A stretch of 64,000 nucleotides of DNA, from positions 18,720,587 to 18,784,586 of the forward strand of contig CM120648.1 in assembly GCA_051362555.1 (NCBI GenBank), written 5' to 3'. The notes below the pieces were generated by a model that did no database searches, had not been told where the DNA came from, and worked only from the letters and a program-made list of their open reading frames with translations. Of the stretch, positions 11,153 through 25,300 are shown in pieces (within the stretch, counting starts at the first letter, position 1; every line of letters starts with the position of its first letter). The stretch is from Lingula anatina. Its lineage: Eukaryota > Animalia > Brachiopoda. The translations under genes and the position numbers were made by a program.

Positions 11153-14100
11153 GTGAGTTTAATGAACGGCTTCGCCGATTGTGTGAAAGTGGTAAGATTC
11201 CAGTATACCGACAGCGAGTAGCTATTGTTGGACCTTACGGTGTGGGGAAGACTTATCTCGCCAAGCGCCTCATCCATGAGGAATATATCAAAGAAGAAGA
11301 TGCAAATACAACTGGCGTGAATATATACCGCCATAGGTGTGTTGTCCATAAAGCTGGCCGATCCTGTTGGATCAGAGGAAAAGGTAAGCAGAATATAGGA
11401 AAACGTTTGACACATATGGAATATGTTTATAAAGAATACAAAGAACAGAAGATAAGACATTTTCAATTTTACCACATAATTCACAATAAGGAATTATACA
11501 TACGTGTACGTGTGGGTGTCCAAATGTGTCCTTCCCTATCTTAGTATGGTAGACGAGGGGCTGAGTGAAATAGTACCTAAATAAGTGGTGCCTTTGTATT
11601 GTTATCAATCAATTGACATACATGACACTTTACAATCTACTCCTACAGCCCATTGATTATTTTTTAACTGGGTACAAACACTATAATTTCATTCTTTGTA
11701 AAAACACCATGCTTTATTCTACTCAATATTGAATTGAATTTTTCAACGGTGTAGCCTGATACGTACACTCAGAAAGGGTACATTTAGATACAACGCTTGA
11801 TCTACCTGTATGATCCTTCCAACTATTCTCAGATGATCCAAAAGACCAGTTTGCACAAAACATGGCAATTGGAGTACAGAATTCAGATATGTTTTGTGAG
11901 CCGGACTTAACAGTATTGGACCAAACGCCACTAGAGGAATCCCCACCAGATTCAGAAGAGAATATTAATAACATGCTGACAAATAGAGGTATTGTACATG
12001 ATTGTCTCGAATAGTTCATCTTGGTGCAATTTAAACAGATATTTGTAGTTATTCTTCTTTTTTGCCAAGAGATTCCACCTTCTATGTGTTTTTCTTTGGC
12101 CATTCCACATATATGTGCCTTGAAAACGTTTTTGTTTACTTCAAGGTTGATTCTTTTTCTGTTAGAATGTTGTTTGATATTATTCTTCTCTTTATTCTAC
12201 AGCCGCTTCCCCTGATGACAGTGAATCACCTGCCTCTCCTGACAAAGCAGCAGGTAAGTAGTTCACATGTAGTAAAACAAAATTCTCGTGTATTGCTCAG
12301 AATGTTCGAGAGTTTTTCTTAGCTTGTTGATAAGGTATGTGAGTTTCTATCTTCTTATTTTCATCATACTGGGACTTTGAACTCACATGGGCATGAAGCC
12401 TGGTGGTAATCAAATTTTCTTAATGTCCATGTTTTTAATAGAAGATAATTAAAATTTTGTGGTATTTATACAGTTGACCATTATGTTATATTGCATCAAA
12501 AACCTACTTTGTGCACTATCACCATAACGTTATAAAAAGAAAACTGTTACCTATTTTATATTTACAAAAAATGATTCTTAGGATTGACAAACAGCTTAAA
12601 TTAGAAAAACCAGCTCTTTTGAATTATCCTTTTTATCGAATTATGCATTTTTTGTGAAATTTTTATTTATCTCATTCTGGTGTGAGCTTGAACTCTCATG
12701 GGCCTGAAGCCTTATGCTTTTACTTACATCGTTATATACTGTTGTGCATAATTAAATTTTGGGGTTGACTGTGCAGTTAAGCATTGTATTACATTAGAAC
12801 TGACAGCCTCCTATTTTATGCATTATTATTTTCTGCTTTTTTAAAATTGTGACTTAGATATTTCATGGGCCTGAATACCGTTGCTAGTCACATTTGGGTG
12901 ACAAGCCTCTAATCTTCCATTGGGTAACTACTAGCTAAATTCAGAGCTATAAGGTCACTTGCCTAAATTAAGTTTCAAGTGGCAATAAAATGAGATCATA
13001 TAAAACACACATGTTGAGATTCCCTGTAAACTCCCATAGGTTAAGTTTTCTGCCAGATAACAGTGTCCATAATAGGGAAGCAGTGATAATTATGCAGATA
13101 AATGTTGTTTAATTTTGCAAATTAGTTTTCAAAAAATTATTTTGTATAATGCCAACATTAATGCTAGTTTTAAAAGCAGCTTTACTGAAATGTTTTGTTT
13201 TTAATTTTTTTCAAACACTGAGGGTTTCAACTCAATTTTTAACTCCCCTCCACCTGAAGCTCTGCACATTTTCTGTTTTCCCACAAAAGCAGTTGTATTG
13301 GTATTTATGTATTTCAGCATTATGTAACATTATATTATTCTATGCACTGCTTTCATTTGTCAAATATTGTGATTTTCATTATGTGAATTTGAACTCTCAT
13401 GGTCCTGAAACTGTAATCTTATCATAGGGGCAGATTGGGATCGTCCTCAAGGTTTTCAGGAAGACGGTCAGATTTTAAAGTTAACATTGACGGGTATCTA
13501 TTTTTTTTGTTGGAAGACCATCTAAAATGGAGGGTGGATTAACAAAGATATTTTAAAATACTGTCAGAAAATACATTTGGATCCGCTCCTGTTATTGACC
13601 ATGTTACCTGTTGTGCATGACTTAAATTCAGTGTCGATTGACCGTGCTATTACAAGTATTATTTATTATTGCATCAAAATGAGAAATTAACCTATTTTTT
13701 GCATCTTTATTTATTTATTTATTTATTTTGTCTGTAGACTCGTCCTTCAAGAAATACATGCCTTCAAGAAATCGACGAAAACTGGAAGTGCATGTTTTTT
13801 GCACTGTTTTTCCTGTCATGCCCATCGTAAACACTGTGTTGTCAAGTAAAAGGAAGCGTCTGATACAAAGTATCAAATGCGGCATTGACGTGCTTACATG
13901 CGATGTGTTCAGTACACTTTGTTTACACTGACAAGTCGAGGTCAGAAATGCACAATGTTTTTCTATGTAATTACGCAGTTTCAATTTTGATTAGTGAATT
14001 TTCTTTTATCTGCATGGTCATTTTCCGAACATTTGTATAAGCCACGAAATATTTCTCATCGGAAAATCACCCAGCAGCTTTCCAAGTACAAGCGAGTGAC

Positions 14101-15995
14101 GTCATGATGCACTTCCGAATTTCGTCAAGATCTTGAAGGGATTAGCGTTATGGTTTGCTGCACATTTAAAGCGTTCTGTCTCAAAATGTACTTGACTGCT
14201 TGGATTGAAATTTACAGAACTTATTCTTCACATGATATCACACATATGTGCTTAATTTGAGAGCTTTAGCTGTTATATATTTTCTACAGTGCCCATTCAA
14301 AATTGAAAAAGAGCTATTTTCCGTCAATTTTTCTTGAAGGGCAGGTCTACATTTGACAGATTTGCTGTCTTGTTTTATCTGGGTACAAACACGACAATTT
14401 AATTTTCTGTAAAATAAGTCTTCTTTATATGACTGAGGATTATTTTTCTTTTTGCCAAGGGATTCCACCTTCTATGTGTTTTTTGTTGGCCATTATACCT
14501 TATGTACCTTGAAGACTGGGCACTTGATACCAATTATACTTGATCTTATTAGACGCATTTTCGATGTAATTTATTTATTTTTATACAATATTTATAGACC
14601 AATATCCCAAAGTTATATGTTAAAATTTTGTAAAGAAATTCCTTTATCTTAGCCACGTTTTTGTTTACTTTAAGATTGAGTCATTTTCTGCTAGAATGGT
14701 GTTTGATATTCTTCTTCTCTTTATTCTACAGCCGCTCCACCTGCCTCTCCTGACAGAGCAGCAGGTAAGTAGTGCATATGTAGTAAAACAAGATTCTGTC
14801 TTTTGCTCATAATCTGCGAGAGTTGTTCTTAGCTTGTCGATTAAGTATGTGAGTTCCTGCATTCTTATTTTCATCAAACTGTATTAATAATGTTATATTA
14901 AAATTGACTATACCTTACAATTTTAATTGATTTTAATGAATGTTAAAACATTCAGTATTTATCACCCAGTTATGTTTTGAGCTTACTCACTTGTATTCAA
15001 CAGAGAGGATACATTTTTAAGAAAAAAATGTTTTTTTTTTTTGCAAATTGCCGATAAACCTTCAGAAACAGATGAAAGCTTCTATTATATTTGATAACTG
15101 TTTCACAAAGTTAATTGACACTAAATACATTCAAATTTTGTCAATGATTACGATACTTTTTTATGCTAAAAAGTTTTATTTTAACCGCACTGTTCATTGT
15201 ACAGTCCTTTTCAAAGGTGAAAGTGGATCTCATACCTCTGGGGAAGAAAACATGAGTAGTATAAGAATGTTAACGATATGTCGATGTATGAACAGTCCCT
15301 GACAAATGAAATAAATTAGATTGAAAGCATGTCTATAAAGATTAAGGTCTCGTCTCTCACAACCCCCCCCCCCCCCCCCCCCCCCTTGAAGAAGGCACAT
15401 CAGCTGAAAACTCAATCGGGCGCTTGATACCAATTATACTTATTACATGTATTTTCAATCTAATTTATTTATTTTTATACAATATTTATACAATATACTG
15501 CGGGATTAATACCATGATTTGGATAAATATGCACGCATTGCAATACATAACAATATGCATTATGCTAAAATCATTTAGTTCGGACATAGCTTATTGTATT
15601 CATCGCAGTGGCAGAAAGGGACCATCTAGATGATATTGACAAGGAGCTATTGGAAAAAATTGAGAAAATTGCCCGAGGGGAAGATGTGGAGCCAGAGAAA
15701 CAGGTCACAATTTGGGATTTTGCAGGACAGGATGTCTACTACACCACGCACCAAACGTTCCTCTCAGAGCGGATCATCTACTTGTTGGTATTCCGACTTG
15801 ACCAGGACCTCGATGATAAAATCCCTGTATACAGGGGAGAGAAGACGCTGAAAGGTATTGTTGAGCTTTATGTATATATCTTTCATGTATAAGCTACTCA
15901 GGGCCCTCATGTAAATAAACTGTCAACTGTGTGTAATTTCTTTATTAAAAGACCCACATTTTTAAATCTCTCTATTGCTCTTAATAAATAAATAA

Positions 15996-16063
<68 letters not shown>

Positions 16064-19000
16064 CATTGAGTTTTTAGTAGTGTTAATTTTAAATGGTTCC
16101 GATGAGTGTTTTAAGATTTTAATATTGTAGTAATTTTAAGGATTTTAGTTATATTATCCATTGTAAGCCGCGCAATAAGAAACATTATTATTGTACCACC
16201 AGCGTTAGCGCTGGCGATACACATGGTTTCGGTCCCGTCCAGATCGTTCCGCCGGACGGCTACCGTTACCGCTTCTCCTCCTAGACGGTAAGGGCCCCCG
16301 TACCCATCTCTTGGATTTAGGTCACCTATAATCTCAACTCGTTCCACGTAAAATTTGGGCTTTGTCCGTATTGGGGTCTGGGTGTGGCACTCATTGCAAT
16401 GCACCCTTGTCCAAAAATGGCAAAATTAAATGCTAATTATCTACTCTTCCGAAGGGGTTATGGGAAAAATTTCTACAGACGGCTTTCCAAAAGTCATATG
16501 TGTAGATTTCAAATATGCCCTTGGATTTGACCTTTGACCTTTACTTCATGGTGGTGAAAGCAAAACGTGCAGTACAGTACGATGAATGACCATTGGGTGT
16601 TCATCTATTTTGGATCAGGGGGTTGACAAACACCCAATGGTCATTCATCGTGGAAAATTTCATGCTTTTATCATCTTTTGCACAATTCTGGATAAATTTG
16701 GACTGAGCCGCCTGACTACTTTTCACCATGAACTAAACTTTGCATATTTTGCTTCCCTTTTATCTCCAAAACTGGCAGAGATAGGTCCATAGTTACTATT
16801 GAAGTTGAATGGGGAAGTCATATACTGGCAATCTAAATGTGACCTTGAAATTGACCTATGACCTACTTTTCACCATGAACTAACCTTTGCAAATTTTGTT
16901 TCCCTTTTATCTCCAAAACTGGCAGAGATAGGTCCATAGTTACTATTGAACTTGAATAGGAAGTCATATACTGGCAATCTAAATGTGACCTTGAAATTGT
17001 CCTTTGACCTACTTTTCACCATGAACTGAACTTTGCAAATTTTGCTGCCCTTTTATCTCCAAAACTGGCAGAGATAGGTCCATAGTTACTATTGAACTTG
17101 AATAGGAAGTCATACACTGGCAATCTAAATGTGACCTTGAAATTGACCTTTGACCTACTTTTCACCATGAACTGAACTTTGCAAATTTTGCTGCCCTTTT
17201 ATCTCCAAAACTGGCAGAGATAGGTCTATAGTTACTATTGAAGTTGAATAGGAAGTCATATACTGGCAATCTAAATGTGACCTTAAAATTGACCTTTGAC
17301 CTACTTTTCACCATGAACTGAACTCTGCTAATTTCTTTCTCTTTTAACTCCTAACCTGGCAGAGATAGGTCCATAGTTACTATTGAACTTGAATAGGAAG
17401 TCATATACTGGCAATCTTACTGTGAAATTGACCTTTGACCTACCTTTTGATGAACTTAACTTTGATTGTACCATTTTAAGTTATATATATATTTTTTGCA
17501 TATTTTGAAAATTCTTGTTGATTGCATTTTTACAGCTTGTCAAGCAAAAGACTGGTGGCTGTGTCCCTTATTTTGTGTATGTGGGGGTCTATACAAATGC
17601 GCTTGCTCCAGCTGGTGGTACAATATTCGGAGGCGGTATCGCCCCTCTGATCCTCTAGTTATTATTATTATATTAATTGGTGCTATTTTTTAGCAGTGCT
17701 GAGGAGAAAACACTGATTAATATTCATCTTTGCAATAACCTCAAGGCTTTATATGTATTTTTCAGAGTTTATTATGTTTTGGTTAAACTCAATCCATATG
17801 CACACTATTGGAAAATTGAGGGAAGAAGACAAAAATGCCATGCCATACGTCTTGATTATTGGAACTCATAAGGACATGTTATGCCCACAGGTGAAAACGT
17901 TTTTCTTATCACAATTATTCAATTACTACCATACATAATCTATGTATAATTTGTATCCCTTCAACCATATCACATTGCGATTCCTGATGAGTGACTTAAT
18001 TATTTAGAAACTTTTCACTATGTGACTATTTGTGGATGGCATGATTAATGTTGGGGGAAAAGGGTGTTCCTTGCTCCCTGTACTCCATCCTAATTTTATA
18101 GGTTCATTGCAACATACCCCATTTCTCAACTTGAACAAAGTGGACTATATCATATACACACATACACATACACACACCCCGGTAAATGTTTTCTTTTGCA
18201 CTGACAATTTAACATTATTATATGGTAATGAACAACAACTACAAAAATGACTTAACTAGTTTTTATTCACAGGGCGACATTGAAAAGATTTTTGATAAAC
18301 TCAAGAAGTGTCTCGACGACAGGCAGGTACTCAAGGACCACGTCTACCGATATTTTGCCATAAGCAACTTGGCCGAAGATGATGGGGAGTTCGCTGAAAT
18401 AAAAAAAGCGATCGAAGATTTGTGCGGTTATAGCAGCAACAGTATTGCTACTGTTCAACATCTTTCAGTGAATTGGATTAAATTGGAAATGAATTTGGCA
18501 GAGAAGAGTGAAGAAACCCCCATCATATCTATTGAAAAACTGAGGGAAATGGCAAAAAGGGTAGGACTCCCTGATGAAGAATTACAAGAAAAATTCATTC
18601 CTTACCATCACCGTCAAGGCGACATCCTACACTTCAAAGTTGATGGACTGGAAAATGTTGTCATAATAGATCCACTTTGGTTAGCAGTTGTGTTTTCTGC
18701 CATCATGACCAATGCCAGCAGTCAACCTGGAGGCAGTCACTTTGATCTCCTGAAAGACGATCTGAAAAGAGGAGTGCTCAATGAGGAGGTATTTGATGAA
18801 TATCTAAAACAAATCAAAATGGCCGAAAAAAAGACTGAAATCATTCAACTTATGCTGCATTTCGACTTGATGTTAGAAATATCCCAAGCAGTTGAAAACC
18901 CTCTGCCTGGGTCTGGAAAGAGAAGATTCGTCGTGCCCAGTATGCTGGTATCCAATATCAGTGTAAATAACGCCTTGTCTGAGACGGATCCACAGAAATA

Positions 19001-21212
19001 TTTGCTTATCGCATTCCCTCACATTCTGTTTCCTACCGGGTTGTTTCATCGTCTGATCATCCGTCTTCTTAGGAAGTATAGAGCTCAGGAATATAAACAT
19101 AACATTCCAGTTGTTGGGTTTGACCATGCCTCCTTCCGATTGGGAGACGAACAATCGGTGCTCCATCTCGCCATTGAAGAAAGGGCCATGAGAATGATGA
19201 TAACAAATGCTACTGGAAACAAACCAAAACCTGACATATACTCCAACGCACGGGAAACCGTTGAAAAAGAACTGTCAACTCTTAAGGACACGTACTGTCC
19301 CAGGATGCAGTTAGGCTTTCGCATTCGGTTAAATGACAAAGGAAAAGATATTCCAATAAAAGCAGAAGACATCCAAGAAAACGATGAGATATGTAGATCT
19401 GTAGAGGGCACTGAAATGCCAATCGATGTGACACCGTATCGTGTTTGGTTTTCAGGTAAGCATTAAAATTTTAGGTAGTTTTACTGTGAACAGACATTAT
19501 GTTCCTGAATATAATTAGGGGTAATGTAGTCATTGAAATCGGTGATACTTAAACTGATGTAAATGCAACTAATCATATTGGGTGATGTACTATGATGTAC
19601 ATGAAGAGAATTAATATTTCAAATTGTTGCCAATAAACCAAACTTTATATATTTTAAAATAATGTAACTTGATAAATACCCAAAGGTGTTTTTTATAATC
19701 CCCGAAAATGATATCTTTGCAGATCTTATCAGCATTTTTCCCCTTGGCAAATTTTGCGCATCGCCTTTGTTAGAACAGTATAAATATCGCCCACAAAATC
19801 ATGCAATTTATATTTTAATCATTCCAACAATACGAGCTTTACATGGGCATCAACGTCTGTGTGAGGGTAAGACTGTTGCAATTGAACATTTTTCATATAA
19901 ACTGTCCCATATTAGATTTATTACCCAGCCATGCACATCGCTAGAATTGTTTTAACTTTTAATTTAAAAACAAATGCCCAATCATATTTGGAAAGCATTT
20001 AATGACAAAAATAAATATTATGCCCTGGTCGTATTTTGAGAATTTACCTGCAGTGCAGAAGGTAAATGTACAGCAGGTTACCTTTTGCTCACAACACATA
20101 TCTATTAATAAGTTTCTTCATACTTAAATTACATGTATATTATTAATTGCTAATTATGGTTCATCATGCGCATATTCTTGTAATCCTTCTTATTTTTACA
20201 GATAGTGCACAGGCAGTACAAACAAGAGATCCAGGTAATTTTTTATTTGGTATTGCTTAGCTTAGTCTAAGAAGTACGCGCATTATTCTTATTTTAACTT
20301 CTATTTTTTTTACTTTTAACTTACAAATCTTCAATATAAAGAAATAGCATATATTGTTACTAGCATGTACCCCCAGTTCATATGACAGTACATTTTACTG
20401 ACTACATATTTCTCCCATAATGCAGTGGTGGTTGCCGTATATTTTACACAAACACACTAGTATACTACTCTATCTCTTTCCCTATAAAATTCTTGTACAA
20501 AAAGCATTGATCATTATCATATTTTTCTATTAATAGGTGTGAATGCCCCAGATGCGTCATCTATTTATACACAGAGGTTTGCAAGGGTGAGTTATCTCGT
20601 TATTGAACTTGGAACGAAAGTCATTAGAACTTTCTTCCTCAAGGATGTTGTTAGGCCTAGCATCACTAATGGTGAGCACATCAGTGATAAAGATGCAGTG
20701 CTTCAGTTTTTTGGTAAGCATGACGTGATAAGGGAACTTGAGAAACTCAAGAAAACAAAAGTCATATATGCTTCTCAGTGGAATCTGTTGTACCCTGCCT
20801 CTGGTCATACAGATGTGGAAATGTTTGACATTACATTGCTGGTGTTATTGATAAGAAAACTTCACCCAGACAAAGCCAACCTGAAATGGTCAGCGCCCAA
20901 AGAAAATGCCACTTTACCTTCCTCTCCACAAACAACACAAGGTTTCATTGACCACATCCAACGGCTTAAGAATGTCAGGAATTATATACAGCATTCAAGT
21001 ATGAGATCCAAGACATGGAGAAATTCTGCACGAATTGGGAAATCGCCTGTGCTTCTGTTCTAGCACTTGGTGCAGATCCAAATGAAGTTGAAAAGGCACA
21101 GAAATCCATCTTTAGCATACAGGAGATAGATACAATAGTGTGTGAAATACGCAGCTCGGCCGAAGTTACAAACGGCATTTCGACAACAGATTTGACAGGC
21201 TTGAATTATTAA
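11153..21212 (+). CDS. ROCO protein: Roc GTPase + COR + C-terminal DZIP3-like HEPN RNase domain (5' exon(s) not found; frameshift near 21000)
   Basis: GT-AG exons in continuous frame: 11153-11383, 11833-11988, 12203-12253, 14732-14764, 15609-15854, 17766-17890, 18273-19455, 20202-20234, 20537-21212. Roc motifs: G1 GPYGVGKT, G2 NTTGVNI, G3 IWDFAGQDVYYTTHQTFL, G4 IGTHKD, G5 FAISN. COR motifs: NWIKLE, GDILHF, VIIDPLWL, FVVPSML, GLFHRLI. HEPN motifs: QWNLLYP, FDITLLVLLIR, RLKNVRNYIQH. Confidence 0.85.
16001..16062. repeat. (TA)n microsatellite
   Basis: Visible perfect TA run. Confidence 0.95.
16186..17659 (+). mobile_element. Intact Helentron-associated element (HINE family A) in a ROCO intron
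   Basis: Subterminal inverted repeats TATTGTACCACCAGC / GCTGGTGGTACAATA, a 3' GC hairpin followed by CTAGT, AT-rich flanks without a clear TSD, and an internal ~146-bp x5 tandem array (16715-17465). Confidence 0.8.
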
Positions 21213-21458
21213 TATTCTCTGTATGTGCCATCCTCATTGTGTTAGCCATAAATTACAAGAAGTGGATTTAGGTAGGGAAGGGGTCAGGGGGATCCTGGTT
21301 TCTGAAAAAAATCACACTAGTATTCCCCTCTTGAAATTAGAATTTTGACTAGCTGAATTATAGTTCTAAATAGAACCGAATGACACCATTCACCCTATAA
21401 AGTATCAACATTTTTCGGGGCCTAAAGTGGGCCTTTGAACCCCATGCCAGGGTGGTGT

Positions 21459-21626
21459 CAGGGGCGGATTTAGGCCGTCTTCTGGGTCTTCCAGAAGACG
21501 GTCAGATTTTCAAGTTTACATTGACGGGTATCCAATTTTTAATGTTGGAAGACGGTCAAAATTGGAGGATGAATCAACAAAGATAATTTGGAAGACTGTC
21601 AGTATATAGCTCTGGATCCGCCCCTG
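21459..21626. mobile_element. MITE with CAGGGGCGGAT TIRs, nested in an older related MITE (~21260-21683)
   Basis: Ends CAGGGGCGGATTTAG...CTGGATCCGCCCCTG with GGTGT repeated on both flanks. Decayed copies are embedded in HINE family B (~13425, 28160, 30253, 58810, 59260). Confidence 0.7.
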
Positions 21627-22399
21627 GGTGTGGCTTGGTATATGCGCCCCTCCTCCTTCAAATAACCCTGGATCTGCCTCTGAATTACCGTAAGTGAAAG
21701 GGTGAGTTGAGGTCCGTCTTAAGTTGTACGTGGCATATGTGGATGGTCCAATGTCAGATTGAACCTTCGAATATTCACCCAGTAATATTTAACACAATTA
21801 AAGCCTAGATTACATTTACACGGGCGCCGTGCGATGAAATTTTCTGTACGATATATATATATATTTTTTTGAAATTGTGAAGAGCTTGGGCCTACGCCGA
21901 TTATGTCTACATTTAAATGGCCTAAAATCAGTAAGATTTCGCAGGGTCATCGTCTACCTCCGCTCTGACGCCATACGGAAAGTGTATTAAGGGCAGAATA
22001 CGTGCATTGCACGGACATTACATTTCAAATGTAATTTATGCTTAAAAAGGATAAAAAAAATCATGGTATTTAGTGGAATTGTGAAAAGAAAAACGGTGTA
22101 AGTAGGATGATGTGAGTATAAAAATTGATATGTCCAATTTATAGGTAAATTTATTTAATCACAGTCGTTCAAATCAACAGTTTTGAGGATATATTATGTT
22201 AAGTCTTTTCCAGTTCTATGGAATGCATCTCTTAATACAAATGGCAGATCACTTACGTGAAAGGAAATTTAGGGGAAAAAAATAGAAAAGTTCAATTACA
22301 ATTATAATTATATGCAGACACATGTATATGTTTTGAGCACTCTGTCTGTTGTGACTGTCGCTGTCCAACACATGACATTGGCCCCATAACTGCCAAATC

Positions 22400-25300
22400 A
22401 CATTTTTGTTTTACTTAAAATTTAATCAGTGGCTTAGTTTGGTAAAGAGGCAGATTGCTTTTGAAAATCAGCATGATCGGTTTACATTTACGGTGATTTT
22501 TTTTTTTTATTTTATTTTTTTTTTTTTGTGAAATTTTCATTATTCACATAGTGGCTTTTTCAGTGCCTTTTTATATCTCATGGAACTGAATCAGTTGCCA
22601 GTATTTCACCTGTAGTGCATTATGCAAGAGGGTAAGAGTGATTATGCTATTATGTAACAGTGCATCAACATTGGCCAAAACATTATTTTGTGTACTTTTT
22701 TCTGTAGTCTGAATATTTCACAGTTTTGCTGCCTTGCTTCTTGGTGTCTGTATATTTGCAAGCTTTGTCTAGTTTTTAAGGGCCATTCCGTGGTATTTGG
22801 TCCGCAGACCTCAAAATTTGAAAAAGGAATCCTACTTATAAAACTTATAATTTCTGAAACCAGACACCATAAGACACCAGAATCCAAAAGAAATTTTAGG
22901 TTTTGATGACTAATTATGATTTTATTGACACTTTTATCTGGAAAACTTATAAAATAGTGTCACGGAAGGACATTTTTATTTTTGATATATTTTTATGTAT
23001 AGCCATCACCTGCGTATGTCGCCGTCGTTGCCGTCTTTGCCGTTGCCGTGCACTTTTACCGATAACTTTTGACTTGAAACTTACAGAACTGATGAATATA
23101 CATAATACGCAGGTCAAGTTCGAAAATCAGCATGATCGGGCCATTTTTAGGGAAGTTATGCTGTTTTTTTCACTTTTTTCAGCATTTATGTAGCACCGAT
23201 AACACGATAATTGGAAAAACTATTTTATCTTTTGGCTTGAAACTTATAAAACTGATGAATATTCAAAATACGCAGGTCAAGTTCAAAAATCAGCATGATT
23301 GGGCCATTTATATGGAAGTTATGCTGTTTTTCACTTTTTTCAGCATTTATGAAACACCGATAACACAATATTGGAAAAACCATTTTATCTTTTGGCTTGA
23401 CACTTACAGAACTGATAAAAATTCATAATACGCAGGTCAAGTTCGAAAATCAGCATGATAGGAATATTTTTATGGAAGTTATGCTGTTTTTTCACTTTTT
23501 TCAGCATATATGCAACCCTGATAACACAAAAAGTGAAAAAAACACTTTACTTTTTGGCTTGAAACTTACAGAACTGATGAATATCTATAATACGCAAGTC
23601 AAGTTCGAAAATTGGCATGATCAGGGCATTTTTATAAGTTTTGCTGTTTTTTTCACTTTTTTTCAGCATATATGCAACACCTATAACACATTTTAAGGAA
23701 AATCGATTGGCCAATTGTCTTGAAATTCACAGTAGTGATCAGTGTTACTCAAATACAGATTAAGTTTTTAAAATAAGCTTGATCAGTTAAAGTTTGGTGA
23801 AGTTATGCCTTTTTTATGTACAGACACAGATGTCTGTACAGATGTGTCTGTACATATAGCCGTCACCTGCGTCTGTCGTCGCCGTCGCCATCGCCGTGCA
23901 CTCAATGATAACACGATAAGTGGAATACCATTTTACATTTTGTATTCAAAATTACAGAACTGATGAATATTTTTTCACTTTTTCAGCATATATGCAGCAC
24001 CGATAACACGATAAGTGGAAAACCAATTTACTTTTTGGCTTGAAACTTACAAAACTGATGAATATTCATAATACGAAGGTCAAGTTCGAAATTCAGCATG
24101 ATCGGGCCATTTTTAGGGAAGTTATGCTGTTTTTTCACTTTTTTCAGCATATATGCAGCACCGATAACACGATAAGTGGAAAACCATTTAATTTTTTGGC
24201 TTGAAACTTACAAAACTGATGAATATTCATAATACGCAGGTCAAGTTCGAAATTCAGCATGATCCGGCCATTTTTAGGGAAGTTATGCTGTTTTTCACTT
24301 TTTTCAATATATATGCAACACTGATAACACAATATATGAAAAACAGATTGGCCAATTGTCATTATACTCACAGGAGTTGGCAATCCTGCTAAAATGCAGG
24401 TTGAGTTTGAAAATCAGCATAATTGGGCCATTATTTTAGAAGTTATACTGTTTTTTTCACATTTCCTCAGATTCAATTCTTAGGCATGTTAACAGTCTCA
24501 TTATTGAACTAATAAGATACGTAAAAGTGTTTGTTTGGTATTTCCTGCATCTTTACAACATTGTTAGTTGATTATGTAAAAATGATGGTAAACTTGTTAT
24601 TATGTATTGTGTAATAAAGTGTCAAAAATGAAAATAAACTCATACCATTGCAGTTTGTCAGATTCAATCATCCACTATGTTCAGAATCTCAGAATGGAGG
24701 AAGTTGGACATTTAACACTGTTCTATTGATACTTTCCCCATCTCATCAATTTTCTCAGTTGGTCATATAAAAATGGCAATAAAATGTTTATTTTGTTTTA
24801 TGTTAAAAAAGTGTTAAAATGGAAATAAACCCATTTCAGAACAGTGCTGTCATGTTTACATTTTGGCATTTTCAAGATGTGACTTTGAAGTTCCATGGAC
24901 CCGAAGACCTTTGCTAGTCACATTTTCTGAATATCTGTGATACTAATATTTTATAATTAAAAATTGATGGTCACTATGCTGTTAAACATTATGTAATGTT
25001 GCATTAAAAGTTGAAGAAAACCCTATTTTGGGCACTGCTCCTATGATGACCATTTAAGGGAAATCATGTAACTTACTATGCTCAAACTTACATGAAAGAA
25101 ACATGGGTCTAACATACAGCTTCAGTAGGCAATGCAGTCTGTTTGGTAAATTTTTCTGGCAATTTAACAGTTTTTTGTGAAAATTTAATTTTTCACTTAC
25201 TGACATTTTCAAGGTGCGACTTAGAACCTCCTCGGGCTTGAAGACCCTTGCTAGTCACATTTTCTGAAAATCCATGACACGTATATTTTATCATTAAAAA

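Noticed and set aside
11755-11832. Upstream acceptors for the second ROCO exon
   Set aside because: Both introduce in-frame stops; the acceptor at 11832 keeps the frame open.
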